A stretch of DNA of 64,000 nt, taken from assembly GCA_963786955.1 (NCBI GenBank), contig CAWBAT010000003.1:160001-224000 (forward strand), in the 5' to 3' direction. The translations under genes and the position numbers were made by a program. Of this stretch, positions 20,775 to 30,617 are shown one piece after another. Source of the stretch: an uncultured Acidimicrobiia bacterium. GTDB lineage: Bacteria > Acidobacteriota > Terriglobia > Versatilivoradales > Versatilivoraceae. Each line of letters begins with the position of its first letter. Position 1 is the stretch's first letter. The notes below the pieces were generated by a model. That model searched no databases. It was not told the DNA's origin and saw only the letters and a list, made by a program, of their open reading frames with translations.

Positions 20775-21262
20775 CCATCGCCTCCCTCTTGCTGCAATAC
20801 GTTTACGATCGCCGCTAAGATCTTCGTGTATCCCGTACAGCGACAGAGCATTCCTGCAAGCTCGGAACGCACTAAATCCACGTTAGGTTTTGGCTCCCTG
20901 TGGAGTAGCGATACGGCGGCAAGTATCATTCCGGGTGTGCAGAACCCGCACTGCACAGCGCCATTAGCCCAAAATGCCTCCTGCACACGGTGAAGTGACA
21001 TGCTGCCAGCAAGGCCCTCAATTGTACAGATCTCTGCGCCTTGCACCTGAAGGATTGGGACGAGACAGCTATTTACAAGCTTCCCGTCAATGAGGACCGC
21101 ACAGGTCCCACACTCTCCCTCACCACAACCCTCCTTCGTGCCGGTAAGCCCCAATTCCTCGCGGAGGACGTCGAGTAACCGGGCCATGGGATAGGTGCGC
21201 ACGCTACGCGTCTGTTGGTTTACGCGAAGAATGACGTCGATTTTGGGGACGCGTTCAATCAC
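20771..21262 (-). CDS. Xanthine dehydrogenase family (2Fe-2S) subunit
   Basis: LLDVLREELGLTGTKEGCGEGECGTC, QCGFCTPG, CRCTGY. Probable GTG start at about 21262, overlapping the Mo-subunit stop. Confidence 0.9.
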   Translation of the reverse strand: MIERVPKIDVILRVNQQTRSVRTYPMARLLDVLREELGLTGTKEGCGEGECGTCAVLIDGKLVNSCLVPILQVQGAEICTIEGLAGSMSLHRVQEAFWANGAVQCGFCTPGMILAAVSLLHREPKPNVDLVRSELAGMLCRCTGYTKILAAIVNVLQQEGGDG

Positions 21263-23489
21263 GGGCGGCCTCGGTTTCAATCGCTTCAAGGAGAGATTCA
21301 GGCGTAACCGGTACGTGAAAAAGGTGAATTCCGGTGGCATTTTCAATGGCGTTGACAATCGCTGGAGCTGGACCGTCGATCGGCAGTTCTCCGATACCCT
21401 TTGCCCCTGAAGGTCCACGCCCGGAAAGTTTTTCTTCGAAATGAATCTTGATGGTCGGAATATCCACGGCCGTAGGGATAAAGTAATCAGACAGCCTCGG
21501 ATTGGCCATCTGCCCGTCACGCCAGACCACGTTCTCAGAAAGGGCGAATCCGATCCCCTGTGCAACGCCCCCCTCGATCTGTCCTTCAGCGAGTACCGGA
21601 TGGATGACTTTCCCGACTTCTTGCACCGCGACGTAGTTGTCAACCTTCGTCTCGTAAGTATCAAGGTCCACTGTGACCTCCGCCACATGGACGGCCCAGG
21701 CGTAGGCCTCGTACGCGTCGCCATGGCAGCACTCGTCATCCCAAGAGAACTCTGCGGGAGGCGCGTACTGGCTTTCCGATCTCAGGGACCCGCGCCTCAT
21801 GATGTATTGCTGGCAGGCCGAGAGAAATTCGTCTGGACCGGAGTCGTCGTGCAGTAACCCATCCTTGAGGAGGATCTCCTTCATCTTTTGGGCTGCATTC
21901 TCGACAAGTCTACCAACAATCATGCAGGTGCGAGAGGCAACGGTAGGACCGCTGTTTGGAACCTTGGCCGTGTCCGGCTGCGAAATATCCACCTTTTGGT
22001 AATCAATCCCTAGGGCGTCGGCGGCGATCTGGCAGAGGATCGTGTTGGTTCCCTGGCCAAACTCAGTGCTGGCCACCCGGATGCTAATCCGCCCTTCACG
22101 GGTCGCCTCGAGCTCGACGACTGATCTTAAGAGATCCTCGCCCTTTCCGGTGAACCCCGCGCCGTGCATATAGACGGAAAGGCCGATCCCCTTCTTTGCA
22201 CGACTGGAGCGGTTATACGCCGCAAAGCGCTCGCGCTTGGCCTGGTAATCCGAAAGCTCGATTGCGCGGTCGAGCAGTTGATCGAGGTCAACATCGCCGC
22301 TGACGCGCTGACCAATGGCGAGTGACTGTCCAGAGTGAATGAAGTTACGACGCCGAAATTCGTCCGGCGGAAGGCCGAGCGCGTGGGCGACCCGGTCAAA
22401 ATGTCGTTCCAGGGCGAAGATGCTCTGCGGGGCTCCAAAGCCGCGAAAAGCTCCATTCGGCGGGGTGTTCGTCGCTACCGCTCGGCTGCGAATGCGAATG
22501 TTTGGACAATGATAGACTCCCGCAGCATGGATCGTGCCGCGCGCGAGGACGACAGGAGAGAGGGTTGCGTAGGCGCCACCGTCGATGACAAAATCAATTT
22601 CCATCCCGAGTAGAGAGCCGTCCTTGCCGAGGGCAGTGCGATGCTTCGTGCAAGAGGGGTGCCTCTTTGTCGTGGCCAGCATGTCTTCGGTTCGATCGTA
22701 AACAAGCTTGACCGGTCGCCCCGATTTCCATGCGAGGAGCGCAGCATGCCCCGCAATCATTGACGGATACTCTTCTTTGCCGCCGAATCCGCCGCCGGTC
22801 TCCGTCTGAATGACGCGAATTTTTTCGTCCGGGAAACCGAAGAGTCTTTTGACTGCCTTATGGACGTAGTAAGGGCACTGCAAGGAACCCCAAACGGTAA
22901 CTCCCTCGATCGAGTCGAAAACTGCGACCATCCCATTGGTCTCTAAATAAAGCTGTTCCTGTGCTCCCGTCCGGTACTCACCTTCAACGACGACCTCGGC
23001 TTGGTTCCAGATTGCGTCGATATTTCCCTTGTTGACGGTATAGGTCTTCAAGACGTTGTCTTTGCCCCACACGATCGGATCCTGTTTCAGAGATTCCTCA
23101 ATGGACAAGACTGGAGTCAATGGCTCGATCTCAAACCGCACCCGCCGGCGAGCGTCCTCAAGTAAATACTTGTCTTTGTGGGCGAGGAGGACAACAGGCT
23201 CCCCTGCGTGGTTGACGAACCTGTCCGCCAGGTATGGCTGGTCATCGAGAATTAATGAGACGAGGTTTTCTCCAGGGATGTCTCTGGCTGTCACGATCGT
23301 AAATTCTTCCCAGGGGACATCCGGATCGAAGTGTACTTTAACAATCTTCCCCCGGGCGCACGAACTGCGGACAGTTGCTCCGTGGATGAGGTCTGGCAGA
23401 ACGAGGTCATCAACAAACCGAGATTCACCTATGACCTTTCCATGTCCTTCCTTGCGCGGGACAGGAGAACCGATAGTCTTGTCATTCAT
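21255..23489 (-). CDS. Xanthine dehydrogenase family molybdopterin-binding subunit
   Basis: GGGFGGKE, AFRGFGAPQ, EFGQG, TVASR, GQIEGG, AKGIGE. Confidence 0.93.
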   Translation of the reverse strand: MNDKTIGSPVPRKEGHGKVIGESRFVDDLVLPDLIHGATVRSSCARGKIVKVHFDPDVPWEEFTIVTARDIPGENLVSLILDDQPYLADRFVNHAGEPVVLLAHKDKYLLEDARRRVRFEIEPLTPVLSIEESLKQDPIVWGKDNVLKTYTVNKGNIDAIWNQAEVVVEGEYRTGAQEQLYLETNGMVAVFDSIEGVTVWGSLQCPYYVHKAVKRLFGFPDEKIRVIQTETGGGFGGKEEYPSMIAGHAALLAWKSGRPVKLVYDRTEDMLATTKRHPSCTKHRTALGKDGSLLGMEIDFVIDGGAYATLSPVVLARGTIHAAGVYHCPNIRIRSRAVATNTPPNGAFRGFGAPQSIFALERHFDRVAHALGLPPDEFRRRNFIHSGQSLAIGQRVSGDVDLDQLLDRAIELSDYQAKRERFAAYNRSSRAKKGIGLSVYMHGAGFTGKGEDLLRSVVELEATREGRISIRVASTEFGQGTNTILCQIAADALGIDYQKVDISQPDTAKVPNSGPTVASRTCMIVGRLVENAAQKMKEILLKDGLLHDDSGPDEFLSACQQYIMRRGSLRSESQYAPPAEFSWDDECCHGDAYEAYAWAVHVAEVTVDLDTYETKVDNYVAVQEVGKVIHPVLAEGQIEGGVAQGIGFALSENVVWRDGQMANPRLSDYFIPTAVDIPTIKIHFEEKLSGRGPSGAKGIGELPIDGPAPAIVNAIENATGIHLFHVPVTPESLLEAIETEAARD

Positions 23490-23929
23490 ATTGAGTAACT
23501 GAGGATTTCAGGATGATGTGAAGATCCTTCTGAGACCGTGAGCTCATGCCGTGTCTAAACCTACAACTCGACTACTTCCTCGTCAACGGATATTGTCAAT
23601 AAAAGAATACTGTCACCTTGTGAGCTTCTTGTGAAGCTGCATCGCCTGCCATGTGCTAAACAACGAAGAAGCAGTGGAAGGTGCTGCCGAGGTTTCCTGC
23701 AAAAACGCGGACGCTGAATTAGCTTAAGCTATCAACGCCGGAGATGGGCATTACGTTTTTTTTGTTGGGCTGAAGAATTAGGGTCGGAGTGTGCAATCAG
23801 GTATCGGGCCCCTGACAACCCGGCACAACGCCCTGTTCTCTGCGGTCCTCATTCGTGTGACAGCCGGAGGGCAAATCGTTTCGTTCCATAACACTTTGGC
23901 TTTTCCACCGGATGGACACTAGCTGCAGT

Positions 23930-24000
23930 TGTAGCGGCGCTCTCAGGCGCCGAGCAAGGCACAAAAGGGACATCCCCCTACACCCCCTTCAAGGGGGAAT
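23930..24000. repeat. REP-like palindromes
   Basis: gtagcggcgctctcaggcgccg and cccccttcaaggggg hairpins in an intergenic region. Confidence 0.45.
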
Positions 24001-24159
24001 CATTTCATTCTGCTGTCTAAGTGGCAGTGTAAGTGGTTTGATATAAGCCGCAGCATCTTCCTATCTCAAGGAAACCCATGATCCTGATATAATGAGCAGC
24101 GCAGTGTTCCCGTAAGTGAACCGTTTGGCCAACCTCATTAGTGGAGAGGAAGAAAAGGC

Positions 24160-24858
24160 ATGTGTAGAACATTTTCCTTCATCGGGTCATTGGTCTTTAT
24201 TGCGATTTCCCTCTTCGGAGATTCAGGGAAGTCAGAGGCTCTGACGATCAACGAACAGCTCATTAGCGCCGCCGAACAAGGAGACACTTCCATGGTCTTG
24301 AAACTTCTTTCGAATGGAGCAGACATCAATGGACGGGACGCGCGCGGTCGCACCCCCGTTATGGCTGCCACGCATGGCAACCGCGTCACAACCGTCAAAG
24401 CCCTCATTCAGGCAGGAGCAGATATCAATTTGCGCGACAACATGCTGGACAATCCCTTTTTGTATTCGGGGGCCGAAGGGCTGCTGGATATCTTGAAGCT
24501 TACCATCGCGGCTGGAGCCGATCCAAAGTTGACAAATCGGTTTGGGGGGACTGCCCTCATCCCGGCGGCCCAACGTGGACACGTGGAGGTTGTGCGAGAG
24601 ATTTTGGTGCACACCCAGGTGGACATCAACCATATTAACCGGCCAGGATGGACGGCGTTACTCGAGGCGATTGTGTTGACGGATGGAGGCGTCAAGCATC
24701 AGCAGATCGTGCAATTGTTAGTGGATCACGGGGCAGACGTGACGATTCCGGATAAGGAGGGCGTCACGCCGCTCCAGCATGCACAGAAGAAGAATTTTAC
24801 CGCCATCGTAGATATTTTAACTAAGGCCGGCGCCAAGAGTACAGTCTCGCCCCAGTAG
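24160..24858 (+). CDS. Exported ankyrin-repeat protein
   Basis: Repeated GRTPVMAA, GGTALIPAA, GWTALLEA and GVTPLQHA with GADIN linkers; hydrophobic N-terminus. Confidence 0.9.
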   Translation: MCRTFSFIGSLVFIAISLFGDSGKSEALTINEQLISAAEQGDTSMVLKLLSNGADINGRDARGRTPVMAATHGNRVTTVKALIQAGADINLRDNMLDNPFLYSGAEGLLDILKLTIAAGADPKLTNRFGGTALIPAAQRGHVEVVREILVHTQVDINHINRPGWTALLEAIVLTDGGVKHQQIVQLLVDHGADVTIPDKEGVTPLQHAQKKNFTAIVDILTKAGAKSTVSPQ

Positions 24859-24929
24859 TCATTAGCGCGCTGGCTCTTAACGAATTTCTCACAATACAAT
24901 CTGCCCGATGGAGTCACAAACCTACCCCC

Positions 24930-25694
24930 ATGCATTACCAGTTTGCCACGGAACAGCAGAATTATTCGGACCTCGCCAGCGGCCGAGTGTTTTACAGTCG
25001 GCCCGGGCATCCTGCTTTCCCAATCCGGCTTGCAAGTGAAATATTTCAGCGCTGCATGGCCATCCGAACCGCGGAGCGTTTGTCAACTCCGTGCGTTCTT
25101 TTCGACCCCTGCTGTGGCGGTGCGTATCACCTGAGTGTGCTGACCTACCTGCACCGGGACTGCATCCGGGAGGTCATTGGCTCTGACGTTGATAAAGAAG
25201 CGGTCGCGTTAGCCCAGCGAAACCTTGAACTACTGAGCGTCAGCGGCCTAGATCAGCGAATCCAAGAGATCACCGAGATGATCAGTCGATTTGGAAAAAC
25301 TTCTCATGAGGAAGCCCTGAAAAGCGCAGCTGTTTTGCGACAGACCGTCTCTTCTTGGGAAGAAAGATTACCTCTTAAGATCAGCACTTTTCTGGCCAAC
25401 GCCGGAGACGGCATTACACTGTGTGATAACCTTAAAGGGGTGAAAGTGGATATCGTTCTCACGGATGTTCCTTATGGTCAATGTTCCAGTTGGAGCAGTT
25501 CCAATTCCGAGGTCTCACCTTCCGAACCCCTGTGGTCGATGCTCACCGCATTGTTGGGGATACTATCGCCAACTGGCATCGTGGCCATAGTTTCCGATAA
25601 AAGTCAGAAGATCAAGCATCAGAATTACGAAAGGCTGGAACAGTTCCAGGTTGGTAAGCGGCGAGTCGGCATCCTGCGGCCGGTAGTTTCGTAG
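24930..25694 (+). CDS. AviRa-like SAM-dependent rRNA methyltransferase
   Basis: NYSDLASGRVFYSRPGHPAFPIRLASEIFQR, motif I DPCCG, SDVD and TDVPYG match the AviRa family pattern. Confidence 0.8.
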   Translation: MHYQFATEQQNYSDLASGRVFYSRPGHPAFPIRLASEIFQRCMAIRTAERLSTPCVLFDPCCGGAYHLSVLTYLHRDCIREVIGSDVDKEAVALAQRNLELLSVSGLDQRIQEITEMISRFGKTSHEEALKSAAVLRQTVSSWEERLPLKISTFLANAGDGITLCDNLKGVKVDIVLTDVPYGQCSSWSSSNSEVSPSEPLWSMLTALLGILSPTGIVAIVSDKSQKIKHQNYERLEQFQVGKRRVGILRPVVS

Positions 25695-25720
25695 ATGGAC
25701 GAACGTCTGCTGAATCCTTA

Positions 25721-28525
25721 ATGGAGTCAATGTTCATGATTCAAAACAAATCCGCATCCCAGCAGCAGACCGACAAACGCTCATTATCTTCCCCTCTCTT
25801 TACCGAAGCAGCTTGCTGGATTTGGGATCAAAGTGACCGTTGGAGTTATCACCATTACGTGCAAGCCCGGCGCCGCTTTACTCTTGACGCGCTTGCCTGG
25901 CAGGAGATTATTTCCGGTCAAGGCGCCAAATTAAGAATTACGGCCGACGCCTATTATCAAGCCTGGTTGAATGACAGGATTGTCGGCCACGGCCCTGCCA
26001 AATCGGCTGAAGGCAGGCGTTCCGTGGACACTTACGACATTACCGAACACTTGAAGAACGGAAGCAACGAAATATTAATCTTGGCGCTTGGTATGGGAGT
26101 TGGCACGGAAGCCTATTGTCCAGGGGAGGCGGGCTTGATCTTCGAGCTGGACCTGGTCTCGCAAAAGATTGCGAGCGACGGCAAGACAGAAGTCAGTTCC
26201 GATCCGGCTCGTCGCAAACGGACCGTGAGACGTTGGATCATGCCCTGCATAGAGGATTATGATGCCACGGCCAAAGAAGAAGGCTGGGTGCCTGCCACGG
26301 TAGTCGAGAAGAAGATTACACTATATCCCCGCCGCGTCCCCCTGCCTACACGCGAAGAGCTTACGCCGAAACGTTTTATCCTGGCAGAAAAGGTGCGATT
26401 GCCAAATGTTGCAGTCACCATGCGTCTTCGTCCTTACCTCACGGACGGAGAGCAGAAGCATCGCTGCAATGAGTTTAGTACGTCGGCCTACCTGGTTACC
26501 GACATCCATTCTCCGATCGATCAATCCTTAACCTTTACACCAGCTTTGGGTCAGGTCAGCTGGTACTTTCACGGGCGCAAGTTGTTCGAGGGAAGAGGCT
26601 GGAGATGCTGGGTACAAACCAAACCTCCCGTTTGTATCGATTTGAAGAAAGGAGCCAACCGTCTCATCGGCCTGCATAATCACCGCAATCATTTTGAAGA
26701 TATCAATCTGGCCGGCTATGCCGAGCAACCGGTAGAGTTTGTCAACCCCTTTGGCAAAGGCGGATTTCAGGTTGTGCGAATGGGTCGCCCGGAAGATTTG
26801 GTGGAAGGTCCGGAAATGGAGAGGATCGATTGGGATGGTCTTCGCCCTCATATGGCAGACATGGATCCTCTCGACACGATGCCATTTGGAAACAGTTATG
26901 ACCTGGTCTATGGCGCAGAGCGACTGGAACCGAATGACCTGTCATTGCAACAATTCATGGAAACGGCAGCTTCTGACCCGATACAAATTCCTTCTGCGTC
27001 GACAAATGAAGCCGCACGTCTCATTGTCGATCTCGGCGTTCTCCACAATGGCTGGCTGGCTTTCGATGTTGAAGGGCATGAGAAGAGCAGGCTGATTATT
27101 GCCATGTTTGAGGGTCTTGACCCTGGGCCTCCTATGCGCATCCAGTGGCCCAATGCCGGTCACAACGCTGTCACCTACCGCCTGCATAACGGGTATCAAT
27201 CCTACGAGAGTTTTTTCCCTTATGGAGTTCGTTACATTGCCATTCATCACACTGGACCGGAACCGGCCATTTTAAAGAACCTTCGGGTCTACACGGCCAA
27301 CTGTGGCTCCATCATGCGAGGCTCCTTGCTATGCGATGAAGAGCTCGTCAATTCGATTTATCGGATTTGTGCCCAATCAGTCATTTCCGGGGTGGATGAT
27401 ACCTTTACTGACTGCCCAACCTGGGAGCAGGTGAATTGGAATTGTGACAACGCCCTCGCGGCACAAGCTGATGCAGTGACCTGCTTTAACCAGGCAGTGG
27501 TCCGGAACACCATCGAATTATTCGCTGAAGACACTCGTTACCGGGGCCTGGTGCGTAGCCAGTATCCCAGCGCCTGGGAATCTCAGATCCCGTTATGGTC
27601 GTTCCATTGGCTGATGTTTTGTCGTGATTTCTATTGGCGTACGAGGGATACCCAATTTCTGCAACGGATCATGCCGCGGGTGACGGCAGGCATCGAAGAG
27701 GGATTGTCAAAAATTGGATCCCGAGGTCTGCTGGAATGGGCCAACGTTTGGCACTTTATCGAGTGGAGCAACGGGCGTGACGATAAACATGCCATCATGA
27801 CTGCTGAACAGGGCGGTTTTGCCGGAGCGCTGGCTTCGGCCAGTGAGTTAGCAGAGCAAGCGGGCAGGCCCTTTTCGCAACAGGCAGACCGGTGGCGAAG
27901 TGCTCGAGAAAACTTGATCCGAGCGATCAATGCCAGTCTGTGGGATCCCACCCGAAAAGCTTACGCGGATAGCCTCCATGAGGACGGTTCATTGTCCCCG
28001 GTCTCCAGTCAAGCCACCAATGCTGCGCTGATCATCTATGGGGCGGTGCCGGAAGAACGCGGCAGAATCTTAGCCGCGCGTATCCTTGCCAAGGACAAAC
28101 AGCTTCTCCACTACGGGAGTCCATATGGTTTGTATTATATTCTGGAAATGCTCGATCGGTTTGGAGACGTCGAAAACATCTTTAGGTTGGTGCGCGAGCG
28201 TTGGGGCGCAATGGTCTTGGCGGGGGATACTTGTACTTGGGAGACCTTCGCGGAATTTGGATATGACGATTGGCCGACTCGCAGCCGTTGCCATCCCTTC
28301 GCCGCTTACGTAGCCAAATATATGGCCAAGTATATGTTGGGAATCATCATGTTAGAACCAGGTTATCAGAGATTTCGGGTGGACCCAAAGCCACCTAAGG
28401 GAATTGCATTTTGCCACGGCGCCGTGCCAACGGCGAAGGGGCTCATCCGCGTGGGTTGGGAAAATCGCGGAGGAGTCGTCGATCTTATGGTGGAACACCC
28501 GGCAGAGTTGCAGAGAGTTCTATAA
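25721..28525 (+). CDS. GH78-like alpha-L-rhamnosidase family glycoside hydrolase
   Basis: ITADAYY..WLN, FTDCPTWEQ..W, TCTWE, SRCHPF, GAVPTAKGLIRVGW. Confidence 0.85.
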   Translation: MESMFMIQNKSASQQQTDKRSLSSPLFTEAACWIWDQSDRWSYHHYVQARRRFTLDALAWQEIISGQGAKLRITADAYYQAWLNDRIVGHGPAKSAEGRRSVDTYDITEHLKNGSNEILILALGMGVGTEAYCPGEAGLIFELDLVSQKIASDGKTEVSSDPARRKRTVRRWIMPCIEDYDATAKEEGWVPATVVEKKITLYPRRVPLPTREELTPKRFILAEKVRLPNVAVTMRLRPYLTDGEQKHRCNEFSTSAYLVTDIHSPIDQSLTFTPALGQVSWYFHGRKLFEGRGWRCWVQTKPPVCIDLKKGANRLIGLHNHRNHFEDINLAGYAEQPVEFVNPFGKGGFQVVRMGRPEDLVEGPEMERIDWDGLRPHMADMDPLDTMPFGNSYDLVYGAERLEPNDLSLQQFMETAASDPIQIPSASTNEAARLIVDLGVLHNGWLAFDVEGHEKSRLIIAMFEGLDPGPPMRIQWPNAGHNAVTYRLHNGYQSYESFFPYGVRYIAIHHTGPEPAILKNLRVYTANCGSIMRGSLLCDEELVNSIYRICAQSVISGVDDTFTDCPTWEQVNWNCDNALAAQADAVTCFNQAVVRNTIELFAEDTRYRGLVRSQYPSAWESQIPLWSFHWLMFCRDFYWRTRDTQFLQRIMPRVTAGIEEGLSKIGSRGLLEWANVWHFIEWSNGRDDKHAIMTAEQGGFAGALASASELAEQAGRPFSQQADRWRSARENLIRAINASLWDPTRKAYADSLHEDGSLSPVSSQATNAALIIYGAVPEERGRILAARILAKDKQLLHYGSPYGLYYILEMLDRFGDVENIFRLVRERWGAMVLAGDTCTWETFAEFGYDDWPTRSRCHPFAAYVAKYMAKYMLGIIMLEPGYQRFRVDPKPPKGIAFCHGAVPTAKGLIRVGWENRGGVVDLMVEHPAELQRVL

Positions 28526-28579
28526 CGGATTGTTCCAAGCGATGAAACCCAGTATTCAGTGACACCGCTTTGCGATAGT

Positions 28580-28790
28580 TATTTCAAGTCGGCGGTTAGG
28601 TGGGTTCCGACCAAAGCTCATGACCAAAGTCAGCTCCTGCTTACTCAGCAAAGAGTGAAGAAGGTTTTTTCGGTCTGCTTTTCCAATGACAAGCCGGGAT
28701 TGACGCGGATCCTTGTATCAATCAAAAAGACCAGGGTCAAAGGCGGGCTATCGAAAAATGTGGCCTGCCATCGTACAACTGTTCGCTAGA
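28580..28790 (-). pseudogene. Possible relic of an acidobacterial VWA-domain gene
   Basis: Minus-strand fragments YDGRP, PPLTLVFLIDT..., LEKQT, ELTLVMSFG and LTADL lie in broken frames. Confidence 0.3.
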
Positions 28791-29061
28791 GAACGAGAAC
28801 AAGTCGGTCATTCCAGCGGGTTGTCTCCCTGCCTTTTCAGGCAATGCCTGTTACTCTCCCACCCAGTCATTCCTTTCAAATATAATATCCCGATAAGAGT
28901 GTCCGATCAGTATTACTGGGCAGTCCGCTGCAAGATCCATTGAATCCTAGATGGCCTTTCGGTACGAAAGAACAACTCTTGGTTCAGATTACGGCTATTG
29001 GTGCACTGAGATAGTTTATTAAGACATACCCACTTTATTTTTTTTAGAGAAAGCTGCGCGA

Positions 29062-30435
29062 ATGTCAGAAAATCTTTTTACTTATTTGTTTTGTGCGCTC
29101 GTTCTAGCGGTTCCCTTGATCCTTTACCTGAAAAGCCTAAAGAACAGGGAACGGCGAGCGCAGGAGGCTGCAGAAAAGGGGAAGCTGTATTCCGAGGGGC
29201 CCAGAGCCCAGCATCCTCACATCGACACAACTTATTGCATTGGCTGTCAAAGTTGCACGATGGTGTGTCCGGAGGGGGATGTCCTCGCCATGTTAGGCGG
29301 CAAAGCGGTCATCGTAAACGGTTACAAATGTATCGGGCATAGCCTATGCGCCGAAGCCTGTCCAGTCGGCGCCATTACAATGGTGATGGCCGAACCGAGC
29401 ATGAGTGCCGACATGCCATTTATAACGCCTGAGTATGAGACGAGTGTCCAGAACCTGTTCATTGTTGGTGAGCTCGGCGGTCTAGCCTTAATCAAGAACG
29501 CCATTAACCAAGGGCGTGATTGCATTGATACGGTCACGAATCGAATCGCAACGATGGGGGCTTCAGAATTGGTCCCGGGTGTTTACGATGTATTGATCAT
29601 CGGGGCTGGTCCGGCAGGGATCAGCGCTTCGCTTCGTGCCATCGAGAGGAAACTCAATTACATCGCCATCGAGCGGGATGAGATCGGGGGCACGGTCGCG
29701 AAGTATCCCCGCCAGAAGCTGGTGATGACGAGCCCAGTTGAATTTCCTTTGTCTGGGAAATTCAGGAAGACGGAACTCTCTAAGGAAGACCTCCTATCGT
29801 TTTGGAACTCTGTTTTGCAACGAGTTGATTTCAATGTTCGTGCAAATGAAAACGTGGAGAATATTCAGAAGGGGGAGGACGGTATCTTCGTAATCTTAAC
29901 AAACAAGGGACAATACCGCTCTCGCGCCGTGGTCCTGGCGCTGGGAAGGACCGGAACTCCGCGGAAACTCGGAGTCAAAGGAGAGGAACTGCCCAAGGTC
30001 ATGTACCGTCTGATCGAGGCGGATCATTACATCAACAAGAAAATCCTCGTGGTCGGCGGAGGTGACAGCGCTATAGAGGCAGCCATGGGGCTTGGGCACC
30101 AAAGAGGGAACAAGGTAGTTCTTTCGTATCGAAAAGAATCTTTCAGCCGGATCAAAGACCGAAACGCCAAACGCCTCGCAGACTGTGTTCGTACCGGGAA
30201 AGTTCATGTGCTATTCAACTCACACCCCGTGGAGTTCACCGAAGATACGGTTGCTCTCGAAGTCAATGGCGAGCAGTTGGAGATTACTAACGATTTCGTT
30301 TGGATCTTTGCCGGAGGCACGCCTCCGAATGACTTCCTTAAGAAAATCGGTGTCGAATTTGGAGTGCGGGACATGACCTTGGAGGCAAGCAGCGAGGCTA
30401 AACAAGCCGCTCTCGCTAAGTACTCTGGTTCATGA
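29062..30435 (+). CDS. Membrane-anchored 4Fe-4S ferredoxin / FAD-NAD(P) oxidoreductase (TrxR-like fold, no redox CxxC seen)
   Basis: N-terminal TM helix; CIGCQSCTMVCP and CIGHSLCAEACP; Rossmann motifs IIGAGPAG and VVGGGDSA. Confidence 0.88.
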   Translation: MSENLFTYLFCALVLAVPLILYLKSLKNRERRAQEAAEKGKLYSEGPRAQHPHIDTTYCIGCQSCTMVCPEGDVLAMLGGKAVIVNGYKCIGHSLCAEACPVGAITMVMAEPSMSADMPFITPEYETSVQNLFIVGELGGLALIKNAINQGRDCIDTVTNRIATMGASELVPGVYDVLIIGAGPAGISASLRAIERKLNYIAIERDEIGGTVAKYPRQKLVMTSPVEFPLSGKFRKTELSKEDLLSFWNSVLQRVDFNVRANENVENIQKGEDGIFVILTNKGQYRSRAVVLALGRTGTPRKLGVKGEELPKVMYRLIEADHYINKKILVVGGGDSAIEAAMGLGHQRGNKVVLSYRKESFSRIKDRNAKRLADCVRTGKVHVLFNSHPVEFTEDTVALEVNGEQLEITNDFVWIFAGGTPPNDFLKKIGVEFGVRDMTLEASSEAKQAALAKYSGS

Positions 30436-30617
30436 CTGCATTCGTGTATTTTTAACCAGAGTGCTTAGTTTGTTGCCTGCCTCAATTTCCGGCATGAGGA
30501 TGGCGGATTCTGAGGGGCCAATTTGGGTGGGAAAATGAGATGCGAATCAGATTGGAGATTCGCTTGCTCTTAACCGACAAATAGATTATTGATGCTCGGT
30601 CGATCAAAAGCGGATTG

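Noticed and set aside
21263-21739. N-terminal extension of the 2Fe-2S ORF (322 aa in the track)
   Set aside because: Overlaps the Mo-subunit gene in another frame; family similarity starts only near 21262.
23490-23930. Purine or xanthine riboswitch ahead of the xdh operon
   Set aside because: No purine-riboswitch core recognised by eye; an Infernal/Rfam scan would be needed.
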